From: an uncultured Planctomycetota bacterium
GTDB lineage: Bacteria; Planctomycetota; Planctomycetia; Isosphaerales; Isosphaeraceae
Length of the DNA stretch: 64,000 nt
Assembly: GCA_963845755.1 (NCBI GenBank)
Contig: CAWJTV010000039.1
Coordinates: forward strand, 32,001-96,000
Direction: 5' to 3'
The stretch's first letter is position 1; each line of letters begins with the position of its first letter. Positions 43,030-53,051 of this stretch are shown piece by piece. The position numbers and the translations under genes were made by a program. The notes beneath the pieces are model-generated. The model searched no databases and was not told the DNA's origin. It was given only the letters and a program-made list of their open reading frames with translations.

Positions 43030-44722
43030 ATGCCTTACTGCCTGGCCCAAGGATGCGGATTTCACCACGTGGGAGCTCGATGTCCTCGATCGGGACTGCC
43101 CGGTTTGCGGGCGCATGATGCATATCTGTGACCATCGCTACCGCCACTTCCATACCCTGACCGGTCCGGTGGAACTGGTCTGCAAGCTCAACCATTGTCC
43201 GGATCCCGACTGTCCCGGCCACGCCAGGACCAAGAGCCCGGAGCTCGAAGTCACGATCGCTCAGCCCAAGTGGGCCATCGGCTGGGATGTCTTCTGTTGG
43301 ATCGGTCATCGCCGGTTCTCGCGCCACTGGGCGATCTCCCAGATCCGGTCGGAGCTCTTCGACGGATACGGCATCCAGCTTTCCGAGGACTCCCTCGCCC
43401 GCTATCTCCGCCATTACCAGATCATGCTCGCCGCGCGGCAAGAGGACGCCGAGGCCCTGCGGCGGCAGTATGAAGCGGTCGATGAGATCATCCTCTCCAT
43501 CGACGGCCTTCAGCCCGAGAAGGGGCACGAGACCCTCTACGTGGTCCGGGAGTTGACCCAGAAGCGGGTGTGGTTCGCCGAGGCGTTGATCTCCGCGACG
43601 GCCGACGAGGTGCGGCGGCTGATCGCCAAGGCCAAGGAGTGGGCCGATGGGCTGGGCAAGCCGGTGGTGCTCTGGTTGTCGGACCGGCAAGATGCCTTCG
43701 TGACCGGAATCGCAGCGGAGTTCCCCGACGTGCCGCATCGCTACTGCCAGAACCACTTCCTCCGCGACGTGGCCAAGCCGGTGTTGGAGCTCGACAGCCA
43801 CACCAAAGTCCAGATGCGCAAGAAAGTGCGCGGCCTGCGGAAGATCGAGCAGGCCGTGCTCAAACGGCACCATGTCGCGACGTCGGAGGACCCGGCCGGA
43901 GACGATGCCCAGGCCACGAGCACGGTCCCTGGGGACCCGGCGGACCCGCCCCAGCCGACGGCCGATCCGGCCGGCGCCGTGGTGCTCGACTACTGCGCGG
44001 CGGTGCGCGGCATTCTCAATGACGATCAGGGTGGACCGCTGCAACCGCCCGGGTTGCGGATGGCCGAGGCCTTGGATGAGGTTCGCGAGTCGATCCAACG
44101 GAACTTGGACGAGAAAAAAGGGGGTTCGCGGAGAAGCAACTGGACCGCTTGGCCGGCTGCATCGACCGCGGCCTCGATGAAGTCGAGGCCGAACAAGAGA
44201 CGATCCGCGTCTACGTCAAGGACATCGAGGCGGTTGCGGCGACCCTGAATCCCGGCGCGGGAAGCTGCGCGGACCGCCAGGAACAGTTCGAGGAGTTGAT
44301 CGATCGGTTCGAGCAGAGTGAGGATTCGATCCGTGCGACGATGGCCCGGGTGATGATCAGCTTCCTCGCCGGGCTGTTCGTGGGCGAAGGGGAGTTCGAG
44401 GCGATCCGGGACAATCTCGATCTGGAGCGGTGGTTCCGCTTGCCCAAGAGTCACGAGCGGCGGATTCACGGTCACCGCCACGCGGGGGTTCGGATCGTTC
44501 AAGAAGGGCCGACGTTGGTGCATGCGTTAGATGCGCATGTTGCACACCCCGAACCGTTCACCGTGGAGGACCTGCTCCCGTATCGGACAGCCCGAGAGCC
44601 GCCGAGCCAAAAACAGGCGATGGACCGCCGGAAGAATCATGAGGAAGGCGCGATCCCCGAAGAAACGGCCGTTGCTCCTGGCCGACTTGGAGCGGCGTTA
44701 TCGGGAATCGCCGGTGTTTTAG
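43030..44722 (+). CDS. DDE transposase with N-terminal Zn-finger, split over several frames
   Basis: GGAGGT RBS then ATG 43030. CPVC...C..NHC...C; ILSIDG (D1), WLSD (D2), HRYCQNH (CxxH, Mutator/IS256-type), DNLDLERWFR (E). ORFs 42980-44248, 44149- and 44531-44722 stitched. Confidence 0.8.
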
Positions 44723-44750
44723 CTCTGTCGCGGACCATTGTATTTTTTCC
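44720..44750 (-). repeat. Right inverted repeat of IS
   Basis: Pairs with 42920-42950; the transposase TAG (44720-44722) lies in it. Confidence 0.75.
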
Positions 44751-45221
44751 CCTGTGGCGCTTTGGATATCGCGTCTGCGCGGTCAGGCTGGACGAGACGA
44801 GAAGCAGCTTCTGTGGCGTATCCATAAATCGAGGGACTCTATCAGGCCGAAGACCAAGCTCGTGCGAACCTCGATTCGATCCGAGGGTCCCTTCAACGGG
44901 CCTTCCTCATACCACCGGTTCGACCGATGGTGCTGATCGGCACGACATCCGCTCTTAGTCCCACGGAAGCCACCAAGAACAGCTCTCGACACCTTCGTCG
45001 TCCCCTGACACCTTCGTCGTCCCGAAGGAGCAGTCTGGTCGGAAGCTGGCGGGATTGTCCCGGGAAAGGCCGGGCCAACGATGGCTCGCCACACGAGTTC
45101 GAGAGTGCCGAATGCGGTCGCGCGACAAGGCATCGCGGCCACGGCCTCGCGTTGCTCATCGAAGGACGATTCGGGCTCGACTCACCCGACTTGGAAACCG
45201 CATCCTGGGAAAAACCCTCTT

Positions 45222-45261
45222 TTCTTGTCCCGGACCCGCGGCGGCCCGCCGGATATAAGGT
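45222..45261 (+). promoter_or_regulatory. Putative ECF-dependent promoter motif TTCTTGTCCC-N23-ATAAG
   Basis: Same two boxes and same 23-nt spacing upstream of both sigma paralogs, while spacer and flanks diverge. Confidence 0.45.
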
Positions 45262-45912
45262 ATGGGCAAGTTCAGGAACGACCCACCGAGTGAATCCGTC
45301 CACCTGTTCGAGCGCCTCCGGGCCGGGGATCGCCGTGCGCTGGCCGAGCTGTTCCAGCAGCACCGCGACCGACTGCGGAGGATGGTCGAGCTCCGAATGG
45401 ACACGCGGTTGCATGGTCGGATTGACGCCTCCGACGTGCTTCAGGACGGCTTCCTCGACCTGGCCCACCGGGTGGACAGCTATCTGAGCGATCCCAGCCT
45501 GCCGGTATTCCTCTGGCTGCGACGGATCGTCTGTGATCGGTTGGCGATGGTCCACCGCCACCACCTCGGGACGCAGATGCGAGACGTCTCCCAGGAGGTC
45601 TCGCTCTATCGCGATCCGATGCCCCAGACCAGCTCGGCGGCCCTGGTCTCGATGCTGCTAGGGCGGCTGACCACGCCCTCGAACGCCGCGATCCGCGCCG
45701 AGCAGATCCTCAAGGTCCAGGAGGCGGTCAACTCGCTCGATCCCCTCGATCGCGAGATCGTGGCGCTGCGGCATTTCGAGCAGCTCAGCCGGGCCGAGAC
45801 CGCGGAGGTGCTGGGCATCAGCGAGGAGGCCGGGGCCAAGCGTTACATCCGGGCCCTCAAGAAGCTCAAGACGATCCTGGCCGCGATGCCGGGCGGTCGG
45901 GAAGGACCGTGA
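45262..45912 (+). CDS. ECF sigma-70 factor, planctomycete type
   Basis: Intact 216-aa ORF. Region 2 ALAELFQQHRDRLRRMV...DASDVLQD, FLWLRRI; region 4 LDPLDREIVALRHFEQLSRAETAEVLGIS. Confidence 0.92.
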   Translation: MGKFRNDPPSESVHLFERLRAGDRRALAELFQQHRDRLRRMVELRMDTRLHGRIDASDVLQDGFLDLAHRVDSYLSDPSLPVFLWLRRIVCDRLAMVHRHHLGTQMRDVSQEVSLYRDPMPQTSSAALVSMLLGRLTTPSNAAIRAEQILKVQEAVNSLDPLDREIVALRHFEQLSRAETAEVLGISEEAGAKRYIRALKKLKTILAAMPGGREGP

Positions 45913-45915
45913 ACG

Positions 45916-48900
45916 ATGTCGAAGTCTCGTTCGGAACAGTTTGACCTGCTCGATCAATTGGCCGAGGAATTCGCGGCACGCTTCCGACGCGGCGAACGGC
46001 CTGCGCTGAAGGAATACACCGATCGCTACCCGAAGCTGGCCGAGGAGATCCGCGAGCTCTTTCCGGCGATGATCCAGGTGGAGCAGGCCGAGGGCGACCG
46101 GCAGGGTGATGAGGCGATGAACACGAGCGTTTCCCGGATTGCGAATCCATCCCTGGGACAGATCGGCGACTACCGGATCCTCCGCGAGATCGGCCGGGGC
46201 GGCATGGGCGTGGTCTACGAGGCCGAGCAGATCTCGCTGGGCCGTCGCGTGGCGCTGAAGGTCCTGCCGAGGCACGTGTCCGGCGACCGGCTGGTCCAGG
46301 AGCGGTTCCGCCGCGAGGCCCGCGCCGCGGCTCGACTCCATCACACCAACATCGTCCCGGTCTTCGAGGTGGGGCAGGATGAGGATGTCCGCTATTACGC
46401 CATGCAGTTCATCCAGGGTCAGGGCCTGGACCTGGTCATCAACGAGCTGCAGCAGCTCCGCGACCGGGGCGGATCCGAGCACAAGACCAAGGCGGCCGCC
46501 CAGGGCCAGTCACTGCAGCCCCGCCCCCGCGGAGAGCGCTCGCGCCAGGGCATCGACGCCCCGACCATCGCCGAAGGAGTCGAGGTCAGTGCGGTGTTGC
46601 GGTCCATTCTGATCGGTCGGTTCGAGCCTGGCGGCCGGGGCTCGGAGCCGGGGGGAGCCTCACCATCGATGCAGGGCAGTGACTGCAAAGGAACCCTCGC
46701 GACACCGACTGGGACTGGGGCCAAGCATCGCGCGACCAAATCCGACCCCGTGCCGGCGGACACCCAGACCGAGTGTGCGACCGTCGGCGTAATTGACGAC
46801 CTCGATCGCCAGGCACAATTCCGCATGGGCGAGCCTCAACGCGAGCCAGACGCTAACCCATCTGGGACGATGCCTCGGCCTCCCGGAACGACGAAAAACC
46901 ATCTCTCCGGGTCATCGTCCCTCTCCCCGTCGTCCAGCTCGGCGGTCCTGCCCGGGGGTGCCCAGCTCTCGTCGGTCGAGTCGGGCCGGCGGCGGTTCTT
47001 CCGCAGCCTGGCGCAGATCGGCCGGCAGGTCGCCGGGGGCCTCGCCTACGCCCACGCGCGGGGGATCGTCCACCGCGACATCAAGCCGTCGAACTTGCTC
47101 CTGGACACCGAAGGCGTGGTCTGGATCGCCGATTTCGGCCTGGCCAAGGGGGAAGACGAGGGGCTGACCCAGAGCGGCGACATCCTGGGCACCCTCCGCT
47201 ACATGGCCCCCGAACGGTTCCGGGGTGAAGGGGATGCTCGGGCCGACGTCTACGCACTGGGGATGACGCTCTACGAGCTGCTCACCCTCGCGCCGGGATT
47301 CGACTGTTCGGACCGGCTCAAGCTGATCGAGCAGATCAAGACCGAAGAGCCGGAGCGGCCGCGGGCCATCGATGCCCGGATCCCCGGGACCTGGAGACGA
47401 TCGTCTTGAAGGCGATCGAGAAGGACCCGAAGGCGCGGTACCCGTCGGCCGAGGCGTCGGCGAGGACCTGGGGCGGTTCCTCGCCGACGAGCCGATCCGG
47501 GCCCGTCGAGCGACCCTGACCGAGCAAGCGGTGCGGTGGTGCCGGCGAAACCCCGTACTCGCGTCGCTGGTCGCGGCCGTCCTGCTCGCCACGCTCACCG
47601 GGGCCGGGTTTGCATCGTTCTACGCGGTTCGCGCAGAGAACGAGCGCGGCAAGGCGGTTGACCGGGAGCGCGAGGCGATCCGCGCGAAAAGACGCCGAGA
47701 CCGCCTCGGTCCGAGCCTCCATCGCACGTCGGGCCGCCGAGGAATCGGCCGAGGAGGCGCGGAAACGACTGACGCGCCTCTACGTCTTTTCCGGCGTCCG
47801 ATACCAGGAAGACCGCGACATCCCCGCGGCCCTCCTCTGGTTCCACCGGGCGTGGGAGCAGGACCATGCCGATCCGGTGGCCGACGCCGCTCATCGGACG
47901 CGGATCGCCGGGGCACTCGCCGAGATGCCGGACCTGATCGGGGCGTGTTTCCACAAGACCAAGGTTTGCGACGCCGTCTTCTCGCCGGACGGACGGCGCG
48001 GTCCTCACCCGGACCGATGGGAACGAGGCTTATCTGTGGGATTACGAGAACAGCCGGCTCGCCGCCCCGGCCCTGTCGCACGCCGGCCGGGTGCGGCATA
48101 TCGCTTACAGTCCCGACGGGAAGTCGGTCGCCACGGCGTCGGCCGATGGCACCGCGTGCGTCTGGGATTCGGCCACCGGGGTCAGGCGATACACCCTGAA
48201 ACACGACGGCCCGCTGACCTGGGTCGCGTTCCACCTGGATGGCAAGCGGCTCGCGACCGCCGCCGAGGACAGGACGGTGCGGATGTGGTCCGCCGGCGAT
48301 GGAAACCCGATCAACTGGCGGCTGCCCGTCGACACAGTGATCGATCATCTCGCGTTCTCCCCCGACGGGTCCCGGCTCGTCACCGCCGGCCGGGATAAGC
48401 TCGTCCGGGTCTGGGATGTCGATCGGCCCAGGGACATCTACCCGACACTCCCCTATCGGCAACCGACCGACACCGAGCGGTACGCGTTCAACCAGGATAG
48501 CTGGCCCAAGTTCGCGCCGGATAGCCGGGCCGTGCTCAGTTCCAACGGAAAGGGATTGGCAGTGTGGGCGGGCGGGGAAAAGGACGCCGTCCGGATGATC
48601 CCGTTCGGATCGAGACACTGGGTGGTCGAGACGTACTTCGTGCCCCATACCGACCATGTGCTGGTGACCGGAAATGCCCATGTGGCGACGGTGGTCGACC
48701 TCAAGCACGGCAAGGTCGTTCACGAGTTGTCTCATCCGCGGGAAGCCAACCTCGGCGCGGTCAGTCCGGATGGCAAGTGGCTGCTCACGTGCAGCAGCGG
48801 GGGCCTGGTCAGCTCTGTGGGACGCGGCCACGGGCCTGCGAGCCGGGCCGCCGCAGCGGTGCGGCGACTTCTGTAGCGCGGTCGAATTCACCGCGGACAG

Positions 48901-50188
48901 CTCCCGGTATCTGGCGGCCAGCCAGGATGGCACGGTGCGGGTCTGGGCGACAGGGCCGCGCCCTCCGTCCTCCCAGCCCTATCGATACGACTGCGGACGC
49001 GCGAACCTCCTGGTCTCGGTCATGAAGGACCAATCGACATTCCGGTCTTACAGCCCGGACGCGCGGCGCTGGGTGGAATGGACGAAGGACGGGAAAGCGT
49101 GGTATGGCTCGGGGCCGAACGTCGCGCCGCGACCGATCTCCCACCCTGGCCCGGTCGAGGACGCTCGCTTCTGCGACGATGGCTCGCGGCTGATCGTTTC
49201 AGGCGGTCGGGCCATCCGTGCGTGGGACCCGGACACTGTCGCCCCGGCCGGGCCGGTCGTGTCGGCAGCCACGCTGGTCGATCCGCTCTGGCGCTGGAAC
49301 ACCCGCATTTCGTCCAGTCCGCCGGTCGCGACCGCAATTCCGGCCGATCCGCGCGAGAATACCAGGTTAACGCCGGAATTGCTCCGGCCGGATCACCTGT
49401 CCCGCGACGGAACGCGAATCGTCTGCCTGGACGACGAGAAGACGCTCTCCGTGTGGGACCTGACGGCCGGCCTGCGCGTGTTCGGTCCGGCCCGTCATCC
49501 CGACCCCGGCCCGCAGGTCTTCGAGCAGCCGAGCCGGGCGGGATGGGTGAGCGATGCGGCCCTCTCTCCCGACGGACGCCGGATGGCCGTCGGGATCGAG
49601 TGAACCGGCACGCTGACCGTCTGGGATGTCGATTCCGGCGAGATCGTCCACCACAACCGGAGGTTCCGTGGATATCTCCGGAAGGTGCAGTTCTCGGACG
49701 ACGGACGACGGGTCCTGCTGGCTTCGAGTGATGGTCAGGCTCGAATGTATGACGCCGATACGGGCATCCCGCTCGGCCCGGCGGTGAGCCAGCCGGACGG
49801 GCAGTTGGCGATCGGGGTGAGCCCGGATGGCCGGCGGTTGGCGGTGTACGACGACCACGTCAACGGCTTTCGGATGTTCGATGTGGAGCGCGGCGAGCGA
49901 CTCCTCACCATACCCTACGGCAACCGAACCAGGCCGACGGCCCTGTGGTTCGACGCCGCCGGTCGGTCGTTGAATGCGGTCGTGGGAGCCGAGACGCTCA
50001 CGTTTCCGCTCCCTCGGTTCGACGTCCCCTTCGCCGACTCCAAGGCACTGATGCGGTTCCTGACCGGGCAGCAGATCGACGGCAGCGAGGGTATTGAGTT
50101 CGTCGATCAATCCACGTTCCGGAAGGACCCGGACCACTATCGAGACGTTTTCCTCGCCTGGAAAACGCTGCGGGTGGACGGGAAGTGA
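45916..50188 (+). CDS. Ser/Thr protein kinase with TM helix and WD40 beta-propeller (frameshifts plus one in-frame TGA at 49601)
   Basis: [52 protein letters not shown]; repeated AFSPDG...W(D) units. Confidence 0.88.
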
Positions 50189-50320
50189 AAGGTCCGTCCA
50201 CGGCCGACGATGTCTGTCCCTGAATCAGCCGTTTCTCTTTTTGTCCCGTGCGTCCTGCCGGTCCCGATCGCAATCGGTATCGGGAAGTAAGTGATCCCCT
50301 ACCATGAGGAGCCCGGATCC

Positions 50321-51454
50321 ATGACCTCCACTTCGACGCCCCGTCTCGTGCGTGGTTTCACCCTGATCGAACTCCTGGTCGTGATTGCGATCATCGCCGT
50401 CTTGATCGCCCTCTTGTTGCCGGCGGTGCAAGCGGCCCGTGAGGCCGCCCGCCGCGCCCAGTGCACCAACAACTTGAAGCAGATTGCCCTGGCCGCCAAC
50501 AACTACGAGTCCACCAACGGCTGCTTCCCCGGCGGATCGTATTCGGGCACACTCTTCAACCCACCCCACTGGGCCACCTATCCGGAGAACTTCAGTTGCT
50601 TCGCTCGCATGCTGCCGTTCTTCGAGCAAGCACCGATGTACAACGCGGCCAATTTCAACCTCTGCTCATCCGACCCGGCCAACCTGACGATTGCCGGCGT
50701 GCAGATCAACTCACTGATCTGTCCGAGCGACATCCAGAACCAGTCGATCTCCCTCCCCGCGACGCAGGCGTCCTCTGGCGTCACGCCCGGATGGAGTTTC
50801 AATGAGGTGTATCCCTTGCCGCCCGGCACCTGGACCCAGGCATTCACCAGCTACGGCGGCAATGCGGGCACCTGGACTTTCGGCTTCTCCAACCTGATGC
50901 CGCCCACCCCACTCCAGTATTACACCGGCGTGATCTACAACGACAGCTCTGTCAAGATCGCGAGCATCACCGACGGCACCAGCAACACCTTCCTGTTCGC
51001 CGAGCACAGCAAGGGGCACCTGTTCATCGTGGATCCGACCTATGCCATCTCGGACAACGCGTGGGACTCCGGCCGCTGGTACGACACCCTGTTCGCGACG
51101 CTCTATCCTCTTAACATCGGGATGGGCAACAGCCTGCCGATCGGCAGCACCGGCTACGGATACTTCGGCCCGACGGCGGCAGGGAGCTTCCACCCCGGTG
51201 GTGCGAACTTCGCGTGCTGCGACGGTTCAGTGCACTTCATCAAGAATTCCATCAGCTCCTGGACTTTCAACACCGGCAATAGCGACGGCTCCGGCGACTC
51301 CATGCCGGACGGCACGCTTTACCAGTCCATCGCTGCGACGGCTCCTTACACGAAGACGGGCCACTACCTCGTCAACAATGGCGCGAGGCTCGGCGTCTAC
51401 CAGCAGCTCTCGACGCGAGCCGGAGCCGAGGTGATCAGCTCCGATTCGTACTGA
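50321..51454 (+). CDS. DUF1559 prepilin-type N-terminal cleavage/methylation protein
   Basis: RGFTLIELLVVIAIIAVLIALLLPAVQAAREAARRAQCTNNLKQ, ITDGTSNT, H-X9-DG motif HPGGANFACCDG. Confidence 0.95.
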   Translation: MTSTSTPRLVRGFTLIELLVVIAIIAVLIALLLPAVQAAREAARRAQCTNNLKQIALAANNYESTNGCFPGGSYSGTLFNPPHWATYPENFSCFARMLPFFEQAPMYNAANFNLCSSDPANLTIAGVQINSLICPSDIQNQSISLPATQASSGVTPGWSFNEVYPLPPGTWTQAFTSYGGNAGTWTFGFSNLMPPTPLQYYTGVIYNDSSVKIASITDGTSNTFLFAEHSKGHLFIVDPTYAISDNAWDSGRWYDTLFATLYPLNIGMGNSLPIGSTGYGYFGPTAAGSFHPGGANFACCDGSVHFIKNSISSWTFNTGNSDGSGDSMPDGTLYQSIAATAPYTKTGHYLVNNGARLGVYQQLSTRAGAEVISSDSY

Positions 51455-51600
51455 GGATCGTTGACCTCGAAGCCGACGGATCCCGTCGCTCCGCGGATGA
51501 AGTGAGACGCCTCCGTCCTCGAGACAATGCTGTTTCCATCATGCTTCCGCCTTCCCACTGGAACGGTTTCATTCGCCCCTGGGGTGAGAGGACTTTCTCG

Positions 51601-52017
51601 ATGTTCAGGATCGCACGCTCGGGTTGTCTCGTGTTTCTCGGACTTGTCGCCGGTTGCGGTGGGGGGGCTCCCTCGACGTCATATTCCGGGCCGCCCCCGC
51701 CCCACAAGGGGAACCTGGTCGCAATTTCAGGCGGTAAGGGATATGTCGAAGTCGTCAAGAAAGAGGTGTCGGGGAAGTCTCCGGTCAGCGCCGAGATCTC
51801 CTTTTACTTCCTCAAGGATGACGGGGCCACCCTCTACTCGCCCTCCCCGAGTGCGGGAACCCTCACCGTCGGGAAGAAGAAGGTGGATCTCAAGGCCGAG
51901 GGGGACGGCCTGGTTACGCCAAATGGGCCTCCCCTCTTTCCGAAAAGCGGGCTGGATGGGATGCTGAGAGTCGATCTCGATGGCAAGTCGATCAACATTC
52001 AATTGGGGCTCCGTTGA
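51601..52017 (+). CDS. Putative lipoprotein, hypothetical
   Basis: MFRIARSGCLVFLGLVAG-C lipobox-like signal. Lies directly after the DUF1559 gene, a common planctomycete pairing. Confidence 0.65.
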   Translation: MFRIARSGCLVFLGLVAGCGGGAPSTSYSGPPPPHKGNLVAISGGKGYVEVVKKEVSGKSPVSAEISFYFLKDDGATLYSPSPSAGTLTVGKKKVDLKAEGDGLVTPNGPPLFPKSGLDGMLRVDLDGKSINIQLGLR

Positions 52018-52359
52018 AGCGATTTGAGCTGTTACGTTCCGAACGGCCGGAACCGCCGGGCATCCTCGTCGTGCCGACGTCGTGCTCGCGGGATGCCGCA
52101 TTCGCGGATCGAGTCAGATCAGTGGGAGGCTCTGAAAGGCGGAGGCCGTCAATCATCCGGCGGCCTGGCCACCGGTTGCGTTGCGACGATCTCCGAGTTG
52201 GGGCCGTTCGAGGAATCGTTTCAGGTCAACCCCGATCTCGCTCCCACGACGAAGGACCAGCGGCGGCGGGGTTGAAGGGCATCGCGGCCCTGTGGGTCTC
52301 GATGTCGGCCGGGATCCCGACGTTCATGCTGGGGGACAGAGGGGATGTCGTCCCCAATC

Positions 52360-52399
52360 TTCTTGTCCCGAACCTGCCGCGGCGCACGAGTCATAAGCT
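52360..52399 (+). promoter_or_regulatory. Putative ECF-dependent promoter motif TTCTTGTCCC-N23-ATAAG (copy 2)
   Basis: Matches 45222-45261 in both boxes and in spacing. Confidence 0.45.
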
Positions 52400-53048
52400 A
52401 TGGGCAAGATCATGATCGATTCACCCAGTGAAACCGACCACCTGTTCGAGCGGCTCCGGGCCGGGGATCGCCGCGCTGGCCGAGCTGTTCCAGCAGCACC
52501 GCGACCGACTGCGGAGGATGGTCGAGCTCCGAATGGACGCGCGGTTGCATGGTCGGATTGATGCCTCCGACGTCCTCCAGGACGGATTCCTCGACCTGGT
52601 CCAGCGAGTGGACAGCTATCTGAGCGATCCCAGCCTGCCGGTATTCCTCTGGCTGCGACGGGTCGTCAGCGATCGGTTGGCGATGGTCCACCGCCACCAC
52701 CTCGGGACGCAGATGCGGGACGTCTCCCAGGAGGTCTCGCTCTATCGCGATCCGATGCCCCAGACCAGCTCGGCGGCCCTGGTCTCGATGCTCCTGGGGC
52801 GGCTGACCACGCCCTCGAACGCCGCGATCCGCGCCGAGCAGATCCTCAAGGTCCAGGAGGCGGTCAACTCGCTCGATCCCCTCGATCGCGAGATCGTGGC
52901 GCTGCGGCACTTCGAGCAGCTCAGCCGGGCCGAGACCGCGGAGGTGCTGGGCATCAGCGAGGAGGCCGGGGCCAAGCGTTACATCCGGGCCCTCAAGAAG
53001 CTCAAGACGATCCTGGCCGCGATGCCAGGTGGCCGGGAAGGACCGTGA
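52400..53048 (+). CDS. ECF sigma-70 factor, near-identical paralog of 45262-45912 (2-nt deletion near 52470)
   Basis: Protein almost identical from ALAELFQQH to PGGREGP. GATCGCCGCGCTG here versus GATCGCCGTGCGCTG in copy 1 explains the frame change. Confidence 0.88.
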
Positions 53049-53051
53049 GCG

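Larger units (their letters stand above)
42920..44750 (+). mobile_element. Insertion sequence, IS256/Mutator-like DDE element
   Basis: Transposase flanked by imperfect inverted repeats at 42920-42950 and 44720-44750 (23/31 matches). No clear target-site duplication seen. Confidence 0.8.

Noticed and set aside
44114..44120. Canonical A_AAA_AAG -1 ribosomal frameshift heptamer
   Set aside because: The heptamer is not in the phase of the upstream ORF (codons GAG AAA AAA GGG), so only a generic slip site is claimed.
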